Assembly: GCA_036277775.1 (NCBI GenBank)
Contig: DASUMJ010000217.1
Coordinates: 1 to 49,031 of the forward strand
Length of the DNA: 49,031 bases
Reading direction: 5' to 3'
From: Candidatus Limnocylindrales bacterium
Lineage (GTDB): Bacteria > Chloroflexota > Limnocylindria > Limnocylindrales > CSP1-4
In this document: piece by piece, positions 9,458 through 17,205 of the stretch
Numbering within the stretch: position 1 is the first letter of the stretch
Layout of the letters: every line of letters starts with the position of its first letter
Notes under the pieces: model-generated
What the model saw: only the letters and a program-made list of their open reading frames with translations
What the model was told of the DNA's origin: nothing
Databases searched by the model: none
Program-made: the position numbers and the translations under genes

Positions 9458-9984
9458 CGGGCTGCGTCCGGATCGCTGGCCGGCCCGTTTAGGAGCGTGT
9501 CATCAGCATGCCCGGCGGCGGCCAGCACGGCGCCCACGATCTGCTCGTAGCCGGCGCAGCGACAGAGATTGCCGGCGAGGCCCTCCTGGACCTCCGCGAC
9601 CGTCGGGTCGGCGATCCGGTCGAGGAGGTCCTGGGCCGCCATCAGTTGCCCAGGGATGCAGAAACCGCATTGGGCCGCGCCGCGGTCGAGGAAGGCCTGC
9701 TGAAGCCGGCTCAGCCTGGCCCCGTCCGCCAGGCCCTCGACCGTCGTCACGCTTCCGCCGTCGGCCTCGACCGCGAGGACGAGGCACGAGTCCACGATCC
9801 GGCCGTCCAGGCTGACGGTGCAGGCCCCGCACTCTCCGACGAGGCAGCACTCCTTCGTTCCGGTCAAGGCGAGATCGTCGCGGAGGACCTCAAGGAGCGT
9901 ATGGTGGGCGGCCACTTCGACGGCCCGACCCCGGCCGTTGACCGTCAGCTCGATCGCCACGCGGGTTTCTCCGGGCGCCGTCAC
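9454..9984 (-). CDS. (2Fe-2S)-binding small subunit of the Mo-hydroxylase
   Basis: Trimmed to the GTG at 9984, which overlaps the FAD subunit stop (GTGA). Two 2Fe-2S motifs are present: 'CLVGECGACTV' and 'CGFCIPG...CRCAGY'. Confidence 0.93.
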   Translation of the reverse strand: MTAPGETRVAIELTVNGRGRAVEVAAHHTLLEVLRDDLALTGTKECCLVGECGACTVSLDGRIVDSCLVLAVEADGGSVTTVEGLADGARLSRLQQAFLDRGAAQCGFCIPGQLMAAQDLLDRIADPTVAEVQEGLAGNLCRCAGYEQIVGAVLAAAGHADDTLLNGPASDPDAAR

Positions 9985-10859
9985 GGCCGCGCCCCTCCCC
10001 CGCCCGCCGCGAGCCGCGCGACCGCGGTCGCGAGCGCCCGGCGCGCCAGGACCCCGAGCATCGCGAGGCGGTACTCGGGGCTTGCCCGCATCGATCGGGG
10101 CGAGGGGCTGGCTCCTGCGAGCAGCTGCTCGAGGACGACGTCGCGGGCGGCGGCCGTCGCCGTCGGATCGGCCAGCGTGCCGCTCGGGTCGACGCCGAGC
10201 ACCGGGCGGGGCCCGAGGCTGCCGTACGCAAGGCGCGTGACCCCGGCCCCGTCCACCGAGCAGGCGAGCGTGACCGAGGCGAGATCGTGGCCCCGCCGGC
10301 GGGTCCGGCGGACGTGCGTCGATCCGAGGGGGCCGGCGGGCAGCGGCAGCTCGATGCTCGTGACGAGCTCCCCGGGACGGAGGGTCGTCTCGCCGGATCG
10401 GACGAAGAGCTCGTCGATCGGGACCCGCCGCGCACCGTCCGGGCCCACCGCCACGATCTCGGCGCCGAAGACGAGAAGGGCCGGTGCAGTATCGGCGGCC
10501 GGCGAGGCGTTGCAGAGGTTCCCGGCCAGCGTCGCCCGGTTCCTGATCTGAACGGAGCCGACGACCATCGCCGCTTCGGCCAGGGCCGTGAACCGCTGCC
10601 GGATCCGCTCGTCCGCGCCGATGTCGGTCATGACCGCCGTCGCCGGCACCACGAGCCGACCGCCGATCTCGCGGATGGCCGGGTCGAGCTCCGGGATCCG
10701 CTTCAGGTCGACGACGACGGCCGCGCGGGCCGAGCCGTCGCGGAGGCGGATGATGAGATCCGTTCCGCCGGCCAGGACTCGGGCATCGGGCCCGTGGGTG
10801 GCGAGCAGCGCCACGGCCTCGGCGATGCTGGCGGGGCGGGCGTAGCTGAACGGTCGCAT
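9981..10859 (-). CDS. FAD-binding medium subunit of the Mo-hydroxylase (CoxM/XdhB-like)
   Basis: 'MRPFSYARPASIAEAVALL...RVLAGGTDLIIRLR' is a typical FAD_binding_5 N-terminus. The start shares 1 nt with the upstream gene's stop (TGATG at 10859). Confidence 0.9.
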   Translation of the reverse strand: MRPFSYARPASIAEAVALLATHGPDARVLAGGTDLIIRLRDGSARAAVVVDLKRIPELDPAIREIGGRLVVPATAVMTDIGADERIRQRFTALAEAAMVVGSVQIRNRATLAGNLCNASPAADTAPALLVFGAEIVAVGPDGARRVPIDELFVRSGETTLRPGELVTSIELPLPAGPLGSTHVRRTRRRGHDLASVTLACSVDGAGVTRLAYGSLGPRPVLGVDPSGTLADPTATAAARDVVLEQLLAGASPSPRSMRASPEYRLAMLGVLARRALATAVARLAAGGGGARP

Positions 10860-11761
10860 CAGCCGGCCGAGAGGACCTTCTCGACCTCGTCGAGCAGCAC
10901 CTGCGGCGTGGCCGCCCGGATGAAGAAGAACGGCCGCTCACAGAAGCGGGCGACGAACTCCGCCCGTCGCCGCCGGAGGGCGTCGGTGTCGAGGAGGGGC
11001 ATGACGTGGCCGGGGGCCAGCAGCTCGTTCGTCAGGAAGTAGTTCTGGAGGGAGTGCAGGAACTGGAACTGGGCCTCGAATGGGATGAGCCGGTTGGTGG
11101 CGGGGTCGAAGTTGCCATCGATGGCGGGCACGACCACGAGGTCGATCTCGGGCGTCCCGTCGTAGAAGCCCCAACTCGGCATGTCGCCCCAGAACTTCTC
11201 CACGCCTCGGTTCGGTGCGGCCTTGTCGGACCGCTCGGTCCCCTCCGTCCGCTTGACGAGGAACGGCTCGACCGAGCCCATGACGGCCCGTCCCGCCTCG
11301 TCGATCACGGTCGTCTCGGATGCGACCTGGAGGCCGCCCCGGAGCCCGGTCTCGATCAGGCCCATGCTCTTGCCGTGGTTGGACTCGCCGCCGAGGAAGA
11401 GGATCGTTCGGCCCTGGTAGTGGACCGCCGCGCTGTGCGATGGGTGCAGGCCCGCGGCCTCCATCCGAAGAGCCAGGACCGCCACGATCACCTTCTGGAT
11501 CGGGCCCGCCGGCCAGTCGCCGCTGAACCTCACGACCCCCGCGTCGTATGTGATGTCCTTCGGGCCGTCGACGAGCCACACGATGTCCGGCGTGGGAAGG
11601 GTCACCTCCGGGGAGATCCGGACGTCGGCAAGTCGGTAGTTGAGGAAGCTGAGGTCGTCGAGGACGTGGGCCCTCGGCGGCCCGCCGACGACGTCGACCC
11701 GGAGGCGGGCCGCGCCCGCCGAGAACTCTTCGGTGAGCTGGGGCTGGACCTGGGCGTTCAT
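10859..11761 (-). CDS. Hypothetical P-loop protein, HPr kinase/phosphorylase C-terminal-domain-like
   Basis: Start set to ATG 11761 (AAAGGAA RBS). 'ILFLGGESNHGKSMGLIETGLRGGLQVASETTVID' parallels the HprK Walker-A region (GxSGxGKSExALELxxRGHxLxADD). No other recognisable domain. Confidence 0.65.
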   Translation of the reverse strand: MNAQVQPQLTEEFSAGAARLRVDVVGGPPRAHVLDDLSFLNYRLADVRISPEVTLPTPDIVWLVDGPKDITYDAGVVRFSGDWPAGPIQKVIVAVLALRMEAAGLHPSHSAAVHYQGRTILFLGGESNHGKSMGLIETGLRGGLQVASETTVIDEAGRAVMGSVEPFLVKRTEGTERSDKAAPNRGVEKFWGDMPSWGFYDGTPEIDLVVVPAIDGNFDPATNRLIPFEAQFQFLHSLQNYFLTNELLAPGHVMPLLDTDALRRRRAEFVARFCERPFFFIRAATPQVLLDEVEKVLSAG

Positions 11762-11783
11762 CGATTCCTTTCGCGTGGTGCGG

Positions 11784-12527
11784 TCAGGCGGGCTGCCTGG
11801 TGAGCTGGGGCAGGGACGCCGCATCGCCGTCGCCGCGCGCGTCCGATGGGGGCGTTACGGCGTCGCCGGTCCGGCTGGTCGCCCAGTGGCGGGCGAGTCC
11901 CGCCGCCGCGTCCTGGAAATGGCGGACGATGACATCGGCCGCCCGGCCCGCCTCGCGGCGGCGAAGGGTCTCCAGGATCACGAGGTGGCCGTCGGCGATC
12001 TGCCGGCGATCGGCGCCGGAGGCGCCGATGGTGATGTAGGTGCGGGAGAACGGCTCCAGCGTCCGCCAGACGCGGACAAGCGTAGCGTTGCCGGCGGCCT
12101 CGACGATCCGCCCGTGGAACGCGGCATCCGCGGTGGCTTCCGCGTAGACGTCGCCCGCGTCGGCCGCGTCCTGCATCCGTCCGATATCGACGGCGAATGC
12201 CTCGAGGTCGTCGTCGCCGAGCCGGGGGATTGCCAGCTCGATCGCGAGCGACTCGAGCGCCGCGCGGACCGCGAAGGCCTCGAGGAGCTCGTCCGCCGAT
12301 GGGCGGCGGACGCGAGCTCCCCGAAATGCCGCGGTCACGACAAGGCCAAGACCCTCCAGGTCGCGGAGCGCCTCCCGGACCGGCGCCTGGCTCGTGCCGA
12401 GCTCCCGGGCGACCCGGGTCTCGACGATCCGGGCGCCCGGCGGGTAGCGGCCGTCGAGGATCGCCTGGAGGAGGCGGTCCTTGACCTGGTCGCTGAGGAC
12501 GCTCCGCGAAACAGCCTGGCGAGTCAT
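11784..12527 (-). CDS. GntR family transcriptional regulator (FadR-type, FCD effector domain)
   Basis: Trimmed to ATG 12527. The wHTH is 'RIVETRVARELGTSQAPVREALRDLEGLGLVV', followed by a helical C-terminal domain. The gene is embedded in the catabolic operon. Confidence 0.9.
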   Translation of the reverse strand: MTRQAVSRSVLSDQVKDRLLQAILDGRYPPGARIVETRVARELGTSQAPVREALRDLEGLGLVVTAAFRGARVRRPSADELLEAFAVRAALESLAIELAIPRLGDDDLEAFAVDIGRMQDAADAGDVYAEATADAAFHGRIVEAAGNATLVRVWRTLEPFSRTYITIGASGADRRQIADGHLVILETLRRREAGRAADVIVRHFQDAAAGLARHWATSRTGDAVTPPSDARGDGDAASLPQLTRQPA

Positions 12528-12537
12528 CGTCGCGACG

Positions 12538-14316
12538 TCAGTCGCGCATCCCGACCGGGGCCACCGTCGCCACGGCGGCAAGGATCTCGACGACCCCGGT
12601 GCTCCCGTCCACGCGGATCTTGTCGCCGGTCTTGATCCGTGTCGTCGCGACGGACGTGCCGACGACGGCCGGGATTCCGTACTCGCGGGCCAGGACGGCC
12701 GGGTGCGAGACGGTTCCGCCGGCGTCCGTGACGACCGCCGTGATCTTCCCGTACAGAACCTGCCAGGCCGGGTTCGTCATCTCGCAGACGAGGACCTCGC
12801 CGACCTGGAGGCTGTCGAACTCGGCCTCGGACATGACGACGCGGGCCGTGCCCTCGACGACGCCGGGCGAGCCGGCGATGCCCTTGACCTTGCCGAACTC
12901 CTGTTCCTTCGAGCGGTAGAACTTGTCCGGGAAGCCCCACAGGTTCAGGTACGGGAAGGCGAGCTGGGTGGCGGTCACGGTTCCGACCCAGTCCTTCGGC
13001 CGGATCTTCTCGGCCTCGGCCCGCTTGGCCCGGGCTGCGGCCACGATCGCCCGGCCGTCGATGCCGGTCGGGTTGCCGATGAAGGCCCGCAGCTCGTTGT
13101 AGTGGAAGAGGATCACGTCGTCCGGGCGATCGAGAACGCCCATCTCGACGAGCTTCTCGCCGATGGCCATGAGGACGAGCCGGACGTGGGCGTTGGCGCC
13201 CTGGTCGATGTAGAAGTGATGATCCGGGGTGAGCGGGGCCATCTTCAGGTTGATCTCGTTGGCCGCACGCATCTCCTCGAGCGCCTCGCCCTCGAGACCC
13301 TCGAGGATCTCGACCGAGGCCGCGTCGATGTCGGCCTTGAGCTTCGCGACTGCAGCCGGGTAGTCGTAGCCCGACGCGTACTGATCGCGGACGAGCTGGA
13401 CGACCGGGGTCATGTCCTCCCGGAAGCTCGGGAAGATGAACTCGTGGCTCCAGACGGCGTGCCAGCCGAACTCCTTCTGGTACGGCACGACCCGCTCGTC
13501 GATGAACCGCCGCCCACGCTCGCTCGCCTGGAGCCGCGGGACGATCTCGGTCGCGGACGGGCTGTCGAAGGCCTTCGCCAGCTCGGCGTCGCCGCGGACC
13601 TCCTCCTGCATCTGCCAGAGGGACCGGATCTTGTCCCAGTTGCGGTCGTTGGCCGAGCTCTGGAGCCGGCCCAGCAGGACCTCGTCGATCTTGCCGTGGG
13701 TCTTCTCCATGACCGCCCGGAGGTTGAGCGTCGCGCTGAGCTGCGCGAAGTTCAGCATCCAGTGGATCTTCCAGTGGCGGTCGTGCATGTCGATGGCGTC
13801 CTCGAGGAGGACGGCCGTGTCGGCCAGGCTGAGCTCGGCCTTCTTGTCGAGCATGCCCTCGATGTAGTCGAAGTTCCGCTGCATCTCGGGCACGAACCGC
13901 GTCCGCCACCAGTGGACGAAGTTGTGGCCGTAGACGGGCAGGACCGCGCCCAGGTACGCCCCGATCTTGCCTGCGTAGCCGGCGTCGTCGCCCTGGGGAA
14001 CGATCGCGCGCGTCGCCAGGTCGTACTCCTGCGTCACGAGCTCGAGCCCGGCTTCGGCCGGGATCGCCGCGGTGTACAGGTAGCCGTTGATCTTCTTGTA
14101 GATCCAGTCCGTCGCGAACGGCGTCCCGAAGCGGCGGAACATGTGGTCGCAGGACAGCCACCAGCCGCCGATGTCCTCGTACATCGGGCTGAGCGGCTTC
14201 GGGCAGTGGAGGTCGTCGTAGACCCAGAAGAGCAACTTCTCGGTCTCCGACGTCCAGGCGATGGGGAATTCCTCGGTCCCGAGGTACTGGTCGAGGATCT
14301 CTTCCTTCAATGGCAC
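12538..14316 (-). CDS. PEP-utilising-enzyme family protein: large helical N-terminal domain plus C-terminal phosphohistidine swivel domain (PpsA / rifampin-phosphotransferase-like, no ATP-grasp)
   Basis: Start set to GTG 14316 (GAAGGAG 9 nt upstream). The C-terminal 'GSPGVVEGTARVV...VLVCEMTNPAW...TDAGGTVSHPAVLAREYGIPAVVG' is the mobile His domain. The N-terminal ~480 aa have no nucleotide-binding motif. Confidence 0.85.
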   Translation of the reverse strand: MPLKEEILDQYLGTEEFPIAWTSETEKLLFWVYDDLHCPKPLSPMYEDIGGWWLSCDHMFRRFGTPFATDWIYKKINGYLYTAAIPAEAGLELVTQEYDLATRAIVPQGDDAGYAGKIGAYLGAVLPVYGHNFVHWWRTRFVPEMQRNFDYIEGMLDKKAELSLADTAVLLEDAIDMHDRHWKIHWMLNFAQLSATLNLRAVMEKTHGKIDEVLLGRLQSSANDRNWDKIRSLWQMQEEVRGDAELAKAFDSPSATEIVPRLQASERGRRFIDERVVPYQKEFGWHAVWSHEFIFPSFREDMTPVVQLVRDQYASGYDYPAAVAKLKADIDAASVEILEGLEGEALEEMRAANEINLKMAPLTPDHHFYIDQGANAHVRLVLMAIGEKLVEMGVLDRPDDVILFHYNELRAFIGNPTGIDGRAIVAAARAKRAEAEKIRPKDWVGTVTATQLAFPYLNLWGFPDKFYRSKEQEFGKVKGIAGSPGVVEGTARVVMSEAEFDSLQVGEVLVCEMTNPAWQVLYGKITAVVTDAGGTVSHPAVLAREYGIPAVVGTSVATTRIKTGDKIRVDGSTGVVEILAAVATVAPVGMRD

Positions 14317-14419
14317 CGCAGTCTTCTCCTTCGGCTCGTGGCTCGCGTCGCCGGCCGGGCGACGTCTTCCGGCTCGTCCCTCGTCCGCGGCCCTGGCCGC
14401 GGCCCGCATCCGCCTCCCT

Positions 14420-15676
14420 TCAGCACCTCCCGGCCACGGCCGCCGGCAGGGGTTCGGCCCACACGCGATAGAGGTCGTCGAGGCGCTCGGCCATCGCGCG
14501 CCCGAACGCCGGGTCGTTGATATCGGTGGCCACCTCGACCACCTCGATGCCCGGGCGAAGCCCTGCCTTCAACTCCCGGGTCAGGGCTGCGTCGGCAGCC
14601 GGATCGTGGAACGGCCGCCCGGGGGCATCGAGCATCGACAGCCCGTCGCCTGGGACGAACACGACCAGCGGGCCGGTCGCCTCGTTCAGCTTCCGGGCCA
14701 GCACGCGACCGAGCTCCGCGCACTCCGCCTCGCTGGTCCGCATGAGCGTGACCGCGGCGTTGTGCTCCACGAGGGTGCGGCCGCGGAACCGGCGCGGGAC
14801 GGTGTCGAGCGGCCCGAAGTTCACCATGTCGAGGGCGCCGAGAGATACCACCTGCGGCAGTCCGAGTGTGCCGGCCGCTTCGAGCCGGTCGGGGCCGGCG
14901 GAGCAGACCCCGCCGACGAGGTCGTCGGCCAGCTCGCTCGTGGTCACGTCGAGGACACCGGTAATGACGCCTGAACGGATGAGGTCCTCCATGGCGCGTC
15001 CGCCCGTGCCGGTCGCATGGAAGACGAGGACCTCGTAGCCGCGCGACTCGAGGACCTCGCGGGCGGCGGTCACGCAGGGTGTCGTCACGCCGAACATCGT
15101 CGCCCCGATGCATGGTCGGCCGTCGGGTCGGTCGTCGGCTCGCGAGGCTTGCCGGGCCATGCCGGCGGTGGCGGCGGCAGCGTTGGCGAGGACCCGGCGC
15201 GAAATTCGGTTGAGCCCGGCGATGTCGACGATCGAGTGCATGAGCGTGACGTCACTCGTGCCGACATACGGCCGCGTGTCGCCGGAGGCCATCGTCGAGA
15301 CGAGGAGCTTCGGGACACCGATCGGGAGGGCGCGCATGGCCGCGGCCACGAGCGCGGTGCCGCCGGAGCCGCCGAGCCCGGCGATGGCGTCGAGTCGGCC
15401 TTCAGCATGGAGCTGCCGGACGACCTCGATCGCACCGCGTGTCATCGACGCAATCGCGTGCCCCCGGTCGCCGCCGGCAGCGAGGGCGGTCCGGTCGGCC
15501 CCGCCGGCGGCTGCCACGACGTCCGACGAGACGTCCGCAAGCGATGACGGTTCGAGGACACCCGCGTCCACGAGGATGGTGTCGCATCCGGCCCTGCGAA
15601 CCTCGTCCCGCACGAAGCGGAACTCGGGACCCTTGGTATCGAGCGTGCCCAGGAGGACGACCGTGGCCACGTGCAT
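14420..15676 (-). CDS. UPF0261 / Tm-1-like ATP-binding domain protein
   Basis: 'MHVATVVLLGTLDTKGPEFRFVRDEV' matches the family N-terminus (GTxDTKG). An alternative GTG start at 15670 lies 6 nt after GGAG. The 817-aa ORF in the track is an artefactual extension that runs antisense through the transaldolase gene. Confidence 0.85.
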   Translation of the reverse strand: MHVATVVLLGTLDTKGPEFRFVRDEVRRAGCDTILVDAGVLEPSSLADVSSDVVAAAGGADRTALAAGGDRGHAIASMTRGAIEVVRQLHAEGRLDAIAGLGGSGGTALVAAAMRALPIGVPKLLVSTMASGDTRPYVGTSDVTLMHSIVDIAGLNRISRRVLANAAAATAGMARQASRADDRPDGRPCIGATMFGVTTPCVTAAREVLESRGYEVLVFHATGTGGRAMEDLIRSGVITGVLDVTTSELADDLVGGVCSAGPDRLEAAGTLGLPQVVSLGALDMVNFGPLDTVPRRFRGRTLVEHNAAVTLMRTSEAECAELGRVLARKLNEATGPLVVFVPGDGLSMLDAPGRPFHDPAADAALTRELKAGLRPGIEVVEVATDINDPAFGRAMAERLDDLYRVWAEPLPAAVAGRC

Positions 15677-15700
15677 CTCCAGCTCGCCACGGGACGCACA

Positions 15701-15750
15701 TCGATAATCGATTGTCGATGACAGTAGCCCCGATGCCGGGGACGCGTCAA
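15701..15750 (-). promoter_or_regulatory. Promoter plus operator box B for the minus-strand nine-gene operon
   Basis: Read on the minus strand: TTGACG (15750-15745), 18-nt spacer, TACTGT (15726-15721), then the 18-bp near-palindrome TCGACAATCGATTATCGA (15718-15701), which has one mismatch. Confidence 0.65.
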
Positions 15751-15776
15751 GGCAGAATCGCGGGGCTCGCGCGGGC

Positions 15777-15806
15777 TTGCCACTGAACAATCGATGATCG
15801 ATGATA
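15777..15806 (+). promoter_or_regulatory. Promoter plus operator box C upstream of transaldolase
   Basis: TTGCCA (15777-15782) is followed by the box TCGATGATCGATGATA (15791-15806), which overlaps the expected -10 position. The box contains the 13-bp palindrome ATCGATgATCGAT. Confidence 0.55.
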
Positions 15807-15835
15807 CAAGGAACGATACCCCGGAGGTGACGGTC

Positions 15836-16933
15836 ATGGTGGTCGCGGCGGCGCTCGACAGCCCCCTCCTGCAGATGACCCAGGAGACGCGCACCCAGTA
15901 CTGGAACGACTCCTGCGCGGTGGACGAGCTCGCCTACGCCGTCGAGCGCGGGGCCACCGGTGCGACGTCGAACCCCAGCATCGTCCTCGAGGTCCTCCGG
16001 AAGGAGCGAGCGTACTGGGCCCGCCGCGTCGAGCAGCTCGCCGAAGCGGAGCCGACCGCCTCGGAGGTGGACCTCACCTGGGCAGTCGTCGAAGAGATGG
16101 CTGTGCGCGGCGCCGCCGTGCTCGGGCCGGTCCATGAGCGGACCAAGGGCAAGGCCGGCCGCCTCTCGCTGCAACTCAACCCTGCCAACCACCGCAACCC
16201 GAAACGGATGGTCGAGCAGGCCGTTCGATTCCACGGTCTCGCGCCGAACATGCAGGTGAAGTTCCCCTGCACGGCCGCGGGCATCGTCGGGATGGAGGAG
16301 GCGACGGCCCAGGGCATCAGCATCAACTCGACCGTCAGCTTCACGGTGCCCCAGGCGCTCGCCGCCGCGGAGGCTGTGGAGCGCGGCCTCACCCGTCGCG
16401 AGTCCGCCGGCCTCGACACGTCCTCGATGTCGCCGATCGTGACGATCATGATCGGCCGGCTCGACGACTGGTTGAAGGTCGTCGTGGAACGTGACCGCCT
16501 GTCCGTCCACCCCGACGCGGTGAACTGGGCCGGGATCGCGGCGTTCAAGCGGACGTATGCCCTCTTCCGCGAGCGGGGCTACCGATCCCGCTTGCTCGCG
16601 GCGGCCTATCGTCACCGGCTCCACTGGACCGAGCTCGTCGGCGGCGACGTGAGCTTGACGATGCCCCATGCCTGGCAGGTCCGGTTCAACGCCAGCGGCA
16701 TCCGGCCCGAGCCACGGATGGACGTCCCGGTCGACGCCGACCTCATCGAGGATCTCGAGCAGCGGATCCCCGACTTCCGTCGGGCCTACGAGCCCGATGG
16801 GCTGGCGCCCGAGGCGTTCGAAGGCTTCGGGGCGAGTGCCCGGACACTCCGCGCCTTCATTGCCGCCTATCACGACCTCCAGGGCGCGATCCGGGACCTG
16901 GTCCTCCCCGATCCCGACGCTCCGAGCCGCTGA
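15836..16933 (+). CDS. tal: Transaldolase family protein
   Basis: Start set to ATG 15836 (GGAGGTG 6 nt upstream). It has the 'GATGATSNPSIV' motif and the Schiff-base lysine context 'MQVKFPCTAAGI'. Confidence 0.9.
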   Translation: MVVAAALDSPLLQMTQETRTQYWNDSCAVDELAYAVERGATGATSNPSIVLEVLRKERAYWARRVEQLAEAEPTASEVDLTWAVVEEMAVRGAAVLGPVHERTKGKAGRLSLQLNPANHRNPKRMVEQAVRFHGLAPNMQVKFPCTAAGIVGMEEATAQGISINSTVSFTVPQALAAAEAVERGLTRRESAGLDTSSMSPIVTIMIGRLDDWLKVVVERDRLSVHPDAVNWAGIAAFKRTYALFRERGYRSRLLAAAYRHRLHWTELVGGDVSLTMPHAWQVRFNASGIRPEPRMDVPVDADLIEDLEQRIPDFRRAYEPDGLAPEAFEGFGASARTLRAFIAAYHDLQGAIRDLVLPDPDAPSR

Positions 16934-16958
16934 GGGGTGGCCGCGGTCGCGATCCCCG

Positions 16959-17004
16959 CGCTCCCGGCTTGCAAATTGCGGCCCTTGACCTACTATCCTC
17001 GATA
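16959..17004 (+). promoter_or_regulatory. Promoter plus operator box D upstream of the ABC transporter operon
   Basis: TATCCT (16984-16989) is fused to TCGATAATCGATGATC (16989-17004), a 21-nt string identical to site A. The candidate -35 TTGCAA (16959-16964) gives a long 19-nt spacer. Confidence 0.65.
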
Positions 17005-17091
17005 ATCGATGATCCGCCTCACCGGCGGAGATCGACGGTCAGTTCGTCCCAGAGTGGTGCGTCCCCTGCTCCGTTCGGAGGCGGTCGCGCG

Positions 17092-17205
17092 ATGACCAAC
17101 CGGCCAGTGTTCGATGGGGGCGACACGCGGAGCCCCATCGATCCCGCAGCGCCCTTGGCGGGCGGCGGGGAGAGGCCACGGCCACCGGTGCCGGCGGCCG
17201 GCTGA
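17092..17205 (+). CDS. Candidate 37-codon upstream ORF / leader peptide
   Basis: ATG 17092 has GGAGG 10 nt upstream. Its TGA stop overlaps the permease ATG (TGATG at 17203-17207). GC3 is high, but the peptide is Pro/Gly-rich and unrecognised. Confidence 0.3.
   Translation: MTNRPVFDGGDTRSPIDPAAPLAGGGERPRPPVPAAG

Noticed and set aside
5571-9550. Long plus-strand ORFs (5571-7445, 7184-9550) opposite the ADH, cyclase and Mo-subunit genes
   Set aside because: These are shadow ORFs. The opposite strand encodes recognisable ADH, cyclase and molybdopterin subunits joined by coupled start/stop overlaps.
9985-10941. Upstream 319 codons of the 495-aa ORF containing the 2Fe-2S subunit
   Set aside because: This part overlaps the FAD subunit gene out of frame. 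The ferredoxin-like domain starts at the GTG at 9984, which forms a GTGA overlap.
12481-14520. 679-aa plus-strand ORF and 545-aa alternative minus-frame ORF (12524-14161) over the PEP-utilising gene
   Set aside because: Only the 12538-14316 frame gives a swivel-His domain and an RBS-supported start. The others are Arg/Pro-rich.
14420-16873. 817-aa ORF treated as one gene
   Set aside because: Only the C-terminal 418 aa match UPF0261. The N-terminal half is antisense to the transaldolase gene and crosses the operator-containing intergenic region.
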